Shown here: positions 19,185 through 27,322 of the stretch, piece after piece | Numbering within the stretch: the first letter of the stretch is position 1 | Layout: the number at the start of each line of letters is the position of its first letter | DNA from: an uncultured Eubacteriales bacterium | Lineage (GTDB): Bacteria; Bacillota; Clostridia; TANB77; CAG-508 | Assembly (NCBI GenBank): GCA_948468315.1 | Contig: CAOKHL010000006.1 | Span: 16,919-80,918 of the forward strand | Reading direction: 5' to 3' | DNA: 64,000 nt | Notes under the pieces: generated by a model | The model's input: only the letters and a program-made list of their open reading frames with translations | Told to the model about the DNA's origin: nothing | The model's database searches: none | Translations under genes and position numbers: made by a program

Positions 19185-20846
19185 CTAAAATATTCCCACA
19201 ATATTTCCCTCATCATCCAAATTAATATTTTCAGCTGCTGGAACCTTTGGTAATCCTGGCATAGTCATTATTTTTCCACTATATACAACAACAAATCCTG
19301 CACCATTTTTCAAAGCTACATCTCTTACTGTTATTTCAAAAGGTTCTTTACATTGTAAGTTTTTAGCGTCATCAGATAAAGAATATTGGGTTTTGGCTAT
19401 ACATATTGGTAATTTTGTTTTTCCTAAATCTTCAATATCTTTTATATGCTCTAATGCTTCCTCTGTATATTTAACACCACTTGCTCCATAAATTTTTGTG
19501 GCAACTTTTTCAATTTTTTCTTTTATAGTATCTTCATCTTCATATATATATTTAAAATTATTTTCGCCTTTAGCTGTACTTACTATTTTTTCAGCTATAT
19601 CTATTGCTCCATTTCCACCTTTTGCCCAACCTTCCACTACACTCATTTCTATATTTTGTTTTGAAAGATTTTCTTTTACAAAATTTATTTCTTCATCTGT
19701 ATCAGTATTAAATCTGTTTAAAGCAACTATTACATTTAATCCAAATTCTTTTTGTAAATTGTATACATGTTTATATAAATTTTCCATTCCGTCTTCTAAA
19801 GCTTTATCATCTTGTTTTAGAATATTTTCCTTAGCTGCACCACCATGATATTTTATAGCTTTTATAGTACTAACAATAACTACCACATCTGGTCTTAAAT
19901 TTGCTTTTCTACATTTAATATCTAAAAATTTCTCAGCTCCTAAATCCGAACCAAATCCCGCTTCTGTAACTACATATTTTCCAAGTTTTAATGCTAATTT
20001 TGTAGCTCTTATTGAGTTACATCCATGTGCTATATTAGCAAAAGGTCCTCCATGAATTATACATGGTGTATGTTCTAAAGATTGCACTAAATTTGGATTT
20101 ATAGCATCTTTTAATAAAACAGTCATAGCTCCTTCGGCTTTTAAATCTCTTGCATATATTGGCTTTTCTTCTTCATTATAACCAATTATTATGCTTCCTA
20201 GTTTATTTCTTAAATCATTTATATCATTTGACAAACATAGTATTGCCATTATCTCAGATGCAACTGTTATATCAAATCCATCTTCTCTTGGTACAATTTT
20301 TGCTTCTTCAGATAAACCAGTTTCTATTTTTCTTAATTGTCTATCATTTAAATCCATACATCTTTTCCATGTAACTCTTTTTATTTTTAATTCATTTCCA
20401 AAATATATGTGATTATCTATCATTGCTGATAATAAATTATTTGCTGCTGTTATTGCATGAATATCTCCTGTAAAATGAAGATTTATATCTTCCATTGGTG
20501 CAATTTGAACTTTTCCTCCACCTGTTGCCCCTCCTTTTATACCAAATACTGGTCCAAGTGAAGGCTCTCTTAGTGCTAAAACAGCATTTTGGTTTATTTT
20601 ATTTAATCCATCTGCAATTGCTATTGATACTGTTGTTTTTCCTTCCCCTAAGGGTGTTGGACTCATTGCTGTAACTAATATTAATTTTCCATTTTCATTA
20701 TTTTTTAATCTAAAAAAAGCATTTTCATTTATTTTAGCTTTATATTTTCCATATCTATCTATTTCTGATTCTAGCAATCCACATTTTGTTGCTATATTGT
20801 TTATATCATCAAGTTTAGTACTTCTTGCTATTTCTATATCTGTCAT
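19185..20846 (-). CDS. fhs: formate--tetrahydrofolate ligase
   Basis: TAMSPTPLGEGKTT and the rest of the family signature over about 553 aa. Start set at MTDIEIA (ATG 20846). Confidence 0.9.
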   Translation of the reverse strand: MTDIEIARSTKLDDINNIATKCGLLESEIDRYGKYKAKINENAFFRLKNNENGKLILVTAMSPTPLGEGKTTVSIAIADGLNKINQNAVLALREPSLGPVFGIKGGATGGGKVQIAPMEDINLHFTGDIHAITAANNLLSAMIDNHIYFGNELKIKRVTWKRCMDLNDRQLRKIETGLSEEAKIVPREDGFDITVASEIMAILCLSNDINDLRNKLGSIIIGYNEEEKPIYARDLKAEGAMTVLLKDAINPNLVQSLEHTPCIIHGGPFANIAHGCNSIRATKLALKLGKYVVTEAGFGSDLGAEKFLDIKCRKANLRPDVVVIVSTIKAIKYHGGAAKENILKQDDKALEDGMENLYKHVYNLQKEFGLNVIVALNRFNTDTDEEINFVKENLSKQNIEMSVVEGWAKGGNGAIDIAEKIVSTAKGENNFKYIYEDEDTIKEKIEKVATKIYGASGVKYTEEALEHIKDIEDLGKTKLPICIAKTQYSLSDDAKNLQCKEPFEITVRDVALKNGAGFVVVYSGKIMTMPGLPKVPAAENINLDDEGNIVGIF

Positions 20847-20958
20847 ATTACCACCCTTTTCCATTTTTTATAGTCTTATAGTAACACAAAATGTCAAATC
20901 CTGCAATTATTTTTTTATCTTTTTTTCACATTGCAAAATTTGACATTTCTTCTTTTAT

Positions 20959-22080
20959 TTAATTATTGTCTTCAGGCTCTCCATTTCCTTCTGTTTCTTT
21001 GTCAGTTCCCCCTTCATCTGGTGTAGGTTTTGTAGTTGGTTTTTCATCTTCTTTATTATCTTCTTCTTTGTTGTTATCGTCTTCCTTTTTGTCTCCTTCA
21101 TCACCTTTGTTGTTATCATCTTTATTATTTTCATCTTTACCTTCAGTATTATCATTATTATTGTTATCTTTATTCTCATTATCTTGATTATTATTGTTAT
21201 TAACTACTGGCTTGTCCTGTTCATTATTTTGGCTTCCAGATTGCTCATTGTTTTCATTATCTTTTTTAGGTTGTTCTACTGGAGCTGATGCTGGTTCTAC
21301 ATAACCATGCCATGGATTTGCAGATAATGGATCTGTTGGGTCCCAATTCCTACATTTCTCATTTGAAGATATTTTCTTTGCTGTTGGTTTTCCAAGTGGT
21401 CCTGGGTCTGATGATGCATAAAATTCTACATATGTTCCGCTTGGACAATTGCTATATATCCATAATGCATCTGCTACTGTAAGTCTTATACATCCTGCTG
21501 ATGCTTTTGTTCCTAATTTATCATATGCTGCATATTTTAAAGTATCAGGAGAATTTGTTTTATATGGTACTGAGTGAAATAATATGTGTCCTGTAATTCT
21601 TGAACAATATTGACCATAAACTCCTCCATTTAACTGATGCCATCTATATTTATTGCTCATTTTATATACTCCAGATGTTGGAGTTGCAGTACCAGTTGAA
21701 CATAACATTGCTTTTGCAGGTACTGTATATTCTCCCGAATTATCTTTTGTATATGCTGTTACTACATTTGCTTTATAATTTACTTTTAAATAATATTTGA
21801 TACCTTCATTTTTCTTTTCTTCCTCATTTTCTACTTTAGTATCTTCTGCCTCTTCATCCCAACTAGTATCCCCTTCCTCTTCTTCTGTTGGTTCTTCTGA
21901 TGTTGTATTTTCTTCTGAAGTTTTTCCAATTGGTGAATTTAATTCAGAAAAAGTTGGTTCTGTCATGTAATTTTTTACATTTTTATTTTTTATAAATGAC
22001 ATCGCCAAAACAATAGCAGCTATAATGATTGATACTAGTAATATTATTTGTATTTTTTGATATTGATTTAATCTATCCAT
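20959..22080 (-). CDS. L,D-transpeptidase (YkuD domain) with N-terminal TM anchor and a long low-complexity N/D/E/K tail
   Basis: GHILFHSVPY...GTKASAGCIRL catalytic His/Cys motif. The C-terminal ~110 aa are N/D/E/K-rich. Confidence 0.85.
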   Translation of the reverse strand: MDRLNQYQKIQIILLVSIIIAAIVLAMSFIKNKNVKNYMTEPTFSELNSPIGKTSEENTTSEEPTEEEEGDTSWDEEAEDTKVENEEEKKNEGIKYYLKVNYKANVVTAYTKDNSGEYTVPAKAMLCSTGTATPTSGVYKMSNKYRWHQLNGGVYGQYCSRITGHILFHSVPYKTNSPDTLKYAAYDKLGTKASAGCIRLTVADALWIYSNCPSGTYVEFYASSDPGPLGKPTAKKISSNEKCRNWDPTDPLSANPWHGYVEPASAPVEQPKKDNENNEQSGSQNNEQDKPVVNNNNNQDNENKDNNNNDNTEGKDENNKDDNNKGDEGDKKEDDNNKEEDNKEDEKPTTKPTPDEGGTDKETEGNGEPEDNN

Positions 22081-22125
22081 TTTTATACTTCCCTTTTTAT
22101 TTATTATAACATCATTATTTTAACA

Positions 22126-22983
22126 TTATTTCATTTTATCGTCAATATATTTCTTTGCTATTTTGTAACCTGTTTTATATAAATAATTTATTTTACTTGT
22201 ATCTAATAATCCCACCTTTCCTGTTGGTATTGTAATTAATTCATCAATTCCATTTAATTCATAATTTGAAAGCTCATGTTCCATTAAATTCATTGACCTT
22301 ACTGCTATTTCAATCATATTTTCACAGCAAGCATCTTTTTCCATATATGTAGAAAAATTTATTCCTAAAACTCTATCTGCCCCTATATCTTTTAATTCTC
22401 TCCATGCCACATTTTCTCTTACTCCACCATCTACTAATTGCTTTTTATTATAAACACATGGAGAAAATACCCCTGGAAAACTGCAACTACTTCTAACTGC
22501 TATATCTATTGGTGCATCTGTTATGTATTTGGTTTTATCTGATATTTTTCCTCTTATTTCTTTAGAAGAAAACACAATTACTTCTCCATTTTGCAAGTCT
22601 ACAGCAGGTATTACTATTGGCATTTTTAAATCATTTATATTTTTTACTTTATTTTCTTTACATACATCATTCATAGCCTTTGTTAAAATATTTCCACTAT
22701 TTAAACCATCTACTACTATCTTTCCTGTAAATAGTAAACCTCCTATAATTTTAAATATATTTTTTGTATCTACATATTTTATCTTTTTTACATATTTATT
22801 TAAAATTTTATACATTTCTTCACTTGAATATCCTAAAGCATACAAAACCGCTATAATGCTTCCAGATGATGTTCCTGCTACCATATCGAATTTTAAGTTT
22901 CTTTCTTCTAATGCTTTTAATGCCCCTATATGTGAAAATGCTTTTATTCCACCTCCAGAAAAACATAACCCTTCTTTTATCAT
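22126..22983 (-). CDS. patatin-like phospholipase
   Basis: GGGIKAFSHIGALKAL oxyanion block, GTSSGS (GxSxG) and a DGG catalytic Asp block. Confidence 0.85.
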   Translation of the reverse strand: MIKEGLCFSGGGIKAFSHIGALKALEERNLKFDMVAGTSSGSIIAVLYALGYSSEEMYKILNKYVKKIKYVDTKNIFKIIGGLLFTGKIVVDGLNSGNILTKAMNDVCKENKVKNINDLKMPIVIPAVDLQNGEVIVFSSKEIRGKISDKTKYITDAPIDIAVRSSCSFPGVFSPCVYNKKQLVDGGVRENVAWRELKDIGADRVLGINFSTYMEKDACCENMIEIAVRSMNLMEHELSNYELNGIDELITIPTGKVGLLDTSKINYLYKTGYKIAKKYIDDKMK

Positions 22984-23048
22984 AATATAATCACCTCAAA
23001 AAAATCGAATTATTAATATAATATTAATAACTCGATTTTTTTGTTCTT

Positions 23049-23486
23049 TTATAAATATGTCTTTAAAGTTTCTACACTATCTTCTTGCATTTTTACAAAA
23101 TCATCAAGAAGACTATGAATATCTTTATTTATATCTGGATTTTGATTTAATAATCTTCTTCCTTCTATAATTCCCATATTAGTACCATTTAACAATAGCT
23201 CAGATAAATTTGAATTACTTTTATCATTCATTGCTTTCATTTGAATTCCCCACCATGTCATTACTTTGTCCATACTACTTGTTTCATGAGGTTCTTTTTC
23301 ATATGTGTAATTTTCATATAAATTGTTTACTCTTCTTGAAATATCTTTATATTTATTATATTCCACTTCTAAAGTTTTTTTGAAATTTTCATCACCTACT
23401 TTTTTTGTAATAAATTCTATTGCATCCATTCCCATTGTAGCACCTTTATTTACTTCATCTAAAACATTCAAATCATTATTTTTCAT
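23049..23486 (-). CDS. predicted four-helix-bundle protein (possibly DUF2383-like); function unknown
   Basis: 145-aa helical protein with the repeated pattern G.TMGMDAIE / GTNMGIIEG. The family assignment is tentative. Confidence 0.5.
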   Translation of the reverse strand: MKNNDLNVLDEVNKGATMGMDAIEFITKKVGDENFKKTLEVEYNKYKDISRRVNNLYENYTYEKEPHETSSMDKVMTWWGIQMKAMNDKSNSNLSELLLNGTNMGIIEGRRLLNQNPDINKDIHSLLDDFVKMQEDSVETLKTYL

Positions 23487-23615
23487 AAAATCTCTTTCCT
23501 TTCTCTCTTGAGGTAATTATGCTTATAAATCCTTAAATATGTTTACTCCTCAAACTTTATTTATATATATTCTCTACAATTTAAATAAAAAAATTCAAAA
23601 ATTTTAAAAAAAGTC

Positions 23616-23644
23616 TTGACAACTTCATAAAAAGATAGTATACT
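23616..23644 (+). promoter_or_regulatory. sigma-A promoter of the tRNA operon
   Basis: TTGACA (23616), 17-nt spacer, TATACT (23639). The first tRNA starts 21 nt downstream. Confidence 0.6.
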
Positions 23645-23664
23645 AAACGATGTCAAAAGGAAAT

Positions 23665-23740
23665 GGTCGTTTAGCTCAGCTGGGAGAGCATCTGCCTTAC
23701 AAGCAGGGGGTCATAGGTTCGAGCCCTATAACGACCACCA
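23665..23740 (+). tRNA. tRNA-Val (anticodon TAC), encoded CCA
   Basis: Cloverleaf folded by hand: acceptor GGTCGTT/AACGACC, anticodon loop CTTACAA, T-loop GGTTCGAGCC. Confidence 0.9.
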
Positions 23741-23749
23741 TCTTTTTAC

Positions 23750-23826
23750 GGCCTGGTAGTTCAGTTGGTTAGAATGCCGCCCTGTCACGGCGGAGGTCGA
23801 CGGTTCGAGCCCGTTCCAGGTCGCCA
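23750..23826 (+). tRNA. tRNA-Asp (GTC)
   Basis: Acceptor GGCCTGG/CCAGGTC, anticodon loop CTGTCAC, T-loop GGTTCGAGCC, then CCA. Confidence 0.9.
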
Positions 23827-23847
23827 TTTTTTTATAAATTTTAATTT

Positions 23848-23923
<76 letters not shown>

Positions 23924-23934
23924 AAAAACCTTAT

Positions 23935-24012
23935 GGTGGATGTGGCGTAGTTGGTTAACGCGCCAGTTTGTGGCACTGGAGATCGTGGGTTCGAGTCCCA
24001 TCTTCCACCCCA
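23935..24012 (+). tRNA. tRNA-His (GTG) with encoded G-1
   Basis: An extra 5' G pairs with C73. Anticodon loop TTGTGGC, T-loop GGTTCGAGTCC, then CCA. Confidence 0.85.
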
Positions 24013-24040
24013 TTATTTTCCACCTATTATTTATATACAT

Positions 24041-24115
24041 TGGACTGTAGCCAAGCGGTAAGGCACCAGACTTTGACTCTGGCATGCGCTAGTTCGAATC
24101 TAGCCAGTCCAGCCA
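24041..24115 (+). tRNA. tRNA-Gln (TTG)
   Basis: Acceptor TGGACTG/CAGTCCA, anticodon loop CTTTGAC, T-loop AGTTCGAATCT, then CCA. Confidence 0.9.
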
Positions 24116-24182
24116 AAACAATATAATACGAACTTTTATTATTTCCTATGTGGTTTTGTGATAAAAGTTCAAATAAAAAATA

Positions 24183-24220
24183 AAAAGGAAAGTCAGAAAT
24201 ACTTTTCCTTTTTATTTTTA
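24183..24220 (+). terminator. terminator of the tRNA operon
   Basis: aaaggaaagt ... acttttccttt hairpin followed by a T-run. Confidence 0.55.
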
Positions 24221-24271
24221 TCTTTTATCTTAAACATTTATATCTAAAGAAACATAAAGCTAAAAAAAATA

Positions 24272-24374
24272 TGTCAATCATTTTTGAAAATGTCTTAAAA
24301 ATTTTTATTTATTAGCACTAAATTTTCTGATTTAGTGCTAATATTTTATGAGACATTTTCAAAAATGATTGACA
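24272..24374. repeat. 103-bp nested palindrome (24-bp perfect outer arms, 13-bp perfect inner arms)
   Basis: Outer arms tgtcaatcatttttgaaaatgtct (24272..24295) / agacattttcaaaaatgattgaca (24351..24374). Inner arms attagcactaaat (24311..24323) / atttagtgctaat (24330..24342). Confidence 0.9.
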
Positions 24375-24477
24375 ATTTTTTATTTATGCTATTCATTCAC
24401 TATCGAAGAATTAATTTATTTAATATTTTATGTTTTATAGATATATTCTATGCTTTAAACGTATACAATATTCAAAT

Positions 24478-24717
24478 TTAAAAATCCATTTCTCTTGATA
24501 ATTCTTCTATTGTATAATGTTTTTCACTCTTTTTATCTATAAATTCTATATCAAAATCACATGCAGTTATAAATTTATAAATTGTATCAAAATTAGGGTT
24601 ACTGTATTCAGTCTCATAATTAGATATAGTATTTTCAGCTAAATTTAATTCTTTTCCAATTTGAGTTTGTGTTAAATTTCTTATTTTTCTAGTATTTTTT
24701 AAAATTATTCCTATCAT
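24478..24717 (-). CDS. XRE-family helix-turn-helix transcriptional regulator (79 aa)
   Basis: LKNTRKIRNLTQTQIGKELNLAENTISNYETEYSNPNFDTIYKF is a typical HTH_3 pattern. Confidence 0.8.
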   Translation of the reverse strand: MIGIILKNTRKIRNLTQTQIGKELNLAENTISNYETEYSNPNFDTIYKFITACDFDIEFIDKKSEKHYTIEELSREMDF

Positions 24718-24799
24718 TTATATCACCATTTTTATTATGGCAAAAAAGATTTATAAAAGGTCAAAATCTCGATATTCTCAATATTTTTTCGCGATTTTA

Positions 24800-24828
24800 T
24801 TGATATTTCTTCATATGTTTGCTATAAT
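24800..24828 (+). promoter_or_regulatory. sigma-A promoter of the small membrane-protein gene
   Basis: TTGATA, 17-nt spacer, TATAAT. Confidence 0.55.
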
Positions 24829-24861
24829 ATTAAGTAAACATAAAACTAGGAGGTGTTTATA

Positions 24862-25104
24862 TTGAATGAAGTTAAATTAACAAAAAAACAACGTATCATA
24901 CAACTAATAGTTTTTATTATTCTATCCTCTATAAATATACTATTAGCTGTAATGATATGTAGATACTTCGGTATTTCTAACCATATCATAAAAATAGGAA
25001 TTTCATCTTATTCCCTAACTTATGAGATTTGTATATGGTTCAGTCTTATATTTCTAGACATTAGTATTGTCTATTTATTATTTGGCAAAAAATGGATAGA
25101 TTAA
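24862..25104 (+). CDS. small membrane protein (80 aa, 2-3 TM), divergent from the XRE gene
   Basis: TTG 24862 lies 8 nt after AGGAGG; the GTG 24853 start in the track overlaps the RBS. Hydrophobic stretches IIQLIVFIILSSINILLAVMI and ICIWFSLIFLDISIVYLLF. Confidence 0.55.
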   Translation: MNEVKLTKKQRIIQLIVFIILSSINILLAVMICRYFGISNHIIKIGISSYSLTYEICIWFSLIFLDISIVYLLFGKKWID

Positions 25105-25306
25105 CTTTTATAGTCAATAATATCACTTAATCTGCACTCTAACGCATAACATATCTTAGCTAAATTTTCTAAATCAATTTTTCTTTTACTTTTTGTTCTT
25201 CTAAAAGCCTCTTATATTTTCTAAGTGATTATTAATATATTCTTTTATATCACTTATCAAAATACAGTAATTTTTTTTCATTAATTTGCTCTTGAGATAA
25301 TTCCAT
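25101..25306 (-). pseudogene. decayed remnant of an XRE/HTH-type gene, in pieces across three frames
   Basis: Minus-sense fragments MELSQEQINEKKLLYFDK*, MKKNYCILISDIKEYINNHLENIRGF* and ...RRTKSKRKIDLENLAKICYALECRLSDIIDYKS*. The last resembles the C-terminal half of an HTH_3 domain. There is no intact ORF. Confidence 0.4.
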
Positions 25307-25376
25307 ATATTAACAACCACCTCCAGAATGGCAGAATATTATTCTGTTTTTATTGCTTTATTTTTTATATTGAATA

Positions 25377-25405
25377 TTGACAAACTTCAATAAATGTCCT
25401 ACACT
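25377..25405 (+). promoter_or_regulatory. sigma-A promoter of the 22-aa peptide gene
   Basis: TTGACA (25377), 17-nt spacer, TACACT (25400). Confidence 0.5.
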
Positions 25406-25447
25406 AGATATTGCCTTTCGCTCAAAAGGTAGAAAGGAGGTTCAATC

Positions 25448-25516
25448 ATGAAAGACTTGATGAGACTATTGAAACTTTATTTGATTTACTTAATTGTAAA
25501 ACATTTAGGGGAGTAA
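25448..25516 (+). CDS. 22-aa hydrophobic peptide (type-I-toxin-like small ORF)
   Basis: GAAAGGAGG lies 8 nt before ATG. Product MKDLMRLLKLYLIYLIVKHLGE. It has its own promoter and terminator, and the 5' leader CCTTTC can pair with the GAAAGG of the SD. Confidence 0.4.
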   Translation: MKDLMRLLKLYLIYLIVKHLGE

Positions 25517-25523
25517 ATAAATA

Positions 25524-25560
25524 AAAAGACTAGGATTTGTACCTTTTCCTAGTCTTTTTT
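25524..25560 (+). terminator. intrinsic terminator of the peptide gene
   Basis: gactagga / tcctagtc stem flanked by an A-run and a T-run. Confidence 0.65.
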
Positions 25561-25753
25561 GCTCAATCTTTACTCGACTTGATTTGCTTAAGCTAAATAT
25601 ATATTAGCACATATTTTATTATATGTCAAATTTTCTATTTAATTCTTACTCTTTATTTCTATATTGAAAATTCAACTTATTTAACACTTTATATTTTCTA
25701 AGTTATGTTATATTTAAACCTAAAAATCCATTTCTTTCAAACATATTTTTTTA

Positions 25754-25927
25754 TCAACTCTCATTTGCAACCTTAATTATTTCATAAAAACTTTTTATCT
25801 GACTTATATACTTCAAACTCTCTGATGATAGTAATAGACGTTCTTTTGCTATCTTATTATATTCCTTTTCTGATTTTATGTTTAACTCCTTTATTATTTG
25901 TAAAGATTTTTGATACGATTCTTGCAT
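25754..25927 (-). CDS. hypothetical 57-aa protein
   Basis: GAGGTGAAATA lies before ATG 25927. Product MQESYQKSLQIIKELNIKSEKEYNKIAKERLLLSSESLKYISQIKSFYEIIKVANES. It is below the ORF-track length cutoff. Confidence 0.4.
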   Translation of the reverse strand: MQESYQKSLQIIKELNIKSEKEYNKIAKERLLLSSESLKYISQIKSFYEIIKVANES

Positions 25928-26094
25928 TATTTCACCTCATTATATTTTTTTATTAAAATTGTAACCCTTCTTTTTACATCTGTCAATATTGATATTTATT
26001 TATTAAAAAATTTTATAAAATAATTAATATTTATTACTATTTTATTATAATAATGTTATAATAATAAAAATAAAAAATATAAGGAGGAATAATT

Positions 26095-26965
26095 TTGACA
26101 CATGATGTTATCATAATAGGAGCAGGTCCTGCTGGAATATCAGCAAGTTTATACACTCGGAAGAGCAAATCTAAAAACACTTATATTATACAAAGACCAA
26201 TCAAGTTTAGAAAAAACAGCTAGTATAGAAAATTATTACGGTTTTCCAAATCCTATAAATGGAACAGAATTATATCAAAATGGTATCAAACAAGCTCAAA
26301 ATTTAGGAATTGATGTGAAAAAAGAAGAAGTATTAAAAATAGAATTATCAGATAATTTTATTATAAAAACATCGAATTCTGAATATACATCTAAAGTAGT
26401 CATTTTAGCAACTGGAAATAAAAAGAATAAACCTAAAATATCAGGGATTGAAAAATTTGAAGGAAAAGGAGTAAGCTATTGTGCAATATGTGATGGATTT
26501 TTCTATCGAAATAAAAGTGTTGCTGTATTAGGAAATGGAAATTATGCCATATCAGAAACAAATGACTTGATTAATATTGCTAAAGATGTTACTATTTTAA
26601 CAAATGGTAAGACCGCACCAGAATTAAGAGCAGATAATGTAAATATAGATACAAAAGAGATTAATAAATTTCATGGTGAAAACAAACTTGAACATATTGA
26701 ATTTAAAGATGGCTCAAAACTAAATATTGATGGAGTTTTTATTGCTCAAGGAGTTGCTGGAAGTTCTGATTTTGCAAAAAAACTTGGAGCTCTTACTAAA
26801 AATGATAAAATAATAGTAAATGAAAATATGGAAACAACAATTAAAGGGTTATATGCTTGTGGAGATTGCACAGGAGGATTACTTCAAATATCAAAAGCTG
26901 TGTATGAAGGAACAATTGCAGGATTGCAAGCTGTTCAATATATAAAATTAGGAGGTAAAATTTAA
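26095..26965 (+). pseudogene. trxB: thioredoxin-disulfide reductase, split as assembled by one extra C at 26158
   Basis: TTG 26095 follows AAGGAGG. N-terminus THDVIIIGAGPAGISASLYT, then the frame is lost. Skipping C 26158 (TAC ACT C GGA AGA) continues GRANLKTLILYKDQSSLEKTASIENYYGFP... into ORF 26315..26965, which carries CAICDG, VLGNGNYA and CGDC. Confidence 0.9.
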
Positions 26966-27270
26966 TGAGTGTTTTAAAAATAACAAATCAAAATTTTGAG
27001 GAAGAAGTTTTACAATCAGAAAAAAAAGTTTTAATTGATTTTTATGCAGATTGGTGTGGTCCATGTAAAATGATGTCCCCTATCATTGACAAAATAGCAG
27101 AAGAAAAAACTGACATAAAAGTTGGGAAAATAAATATAGATGAAAATCAAAACTTAGCAATGGAATATAATATAATGAGTATTCCTACTATTGCTTTATT
27201 TAAAAATGGTACAGTATATAAAACTTTTGTTGGAGTTACAGATAAAAGTGAAATAATGTCTTCTTTATAA
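26965..27270 (+). CDS. trxA: thioredoxin
   Basis: WCGPC active site. 101 aa. TAATG overlap with trxB. Confidence 0.9.
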   Translation: MSVLKITNQNFEEEVLQSEKKVLIDFYADWCGPCKMMSPIIDKIAEEKTDIKVGKINIDENQNLAMEYNIMSIPTIALFKNGTVYKTFVGVTDKSEIMSSL

Positions 27271-27276
27271 TTTTAT

Positions 27277-27320
27277 AAAATAACACAGTAGCTATTAGGC
27301 TTAAGCTACTGTGTTATTTT
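27277..27320. terminator. bidirectional terminator between trxA and hydA
   Basis: aaaataacacagtagc / gctactgtgttatttt, a 16-bp stem. Confidence 0.7.
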
Positions 27321-27322
27321 TA

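Noticed and set aside
20955-21187. Alternative-frame ORFs in the low-complexity tail of the L,D-transpeptidase gene.
   Set aside because: These are frame shadows of a repetitive N/D/E/K-coding region.
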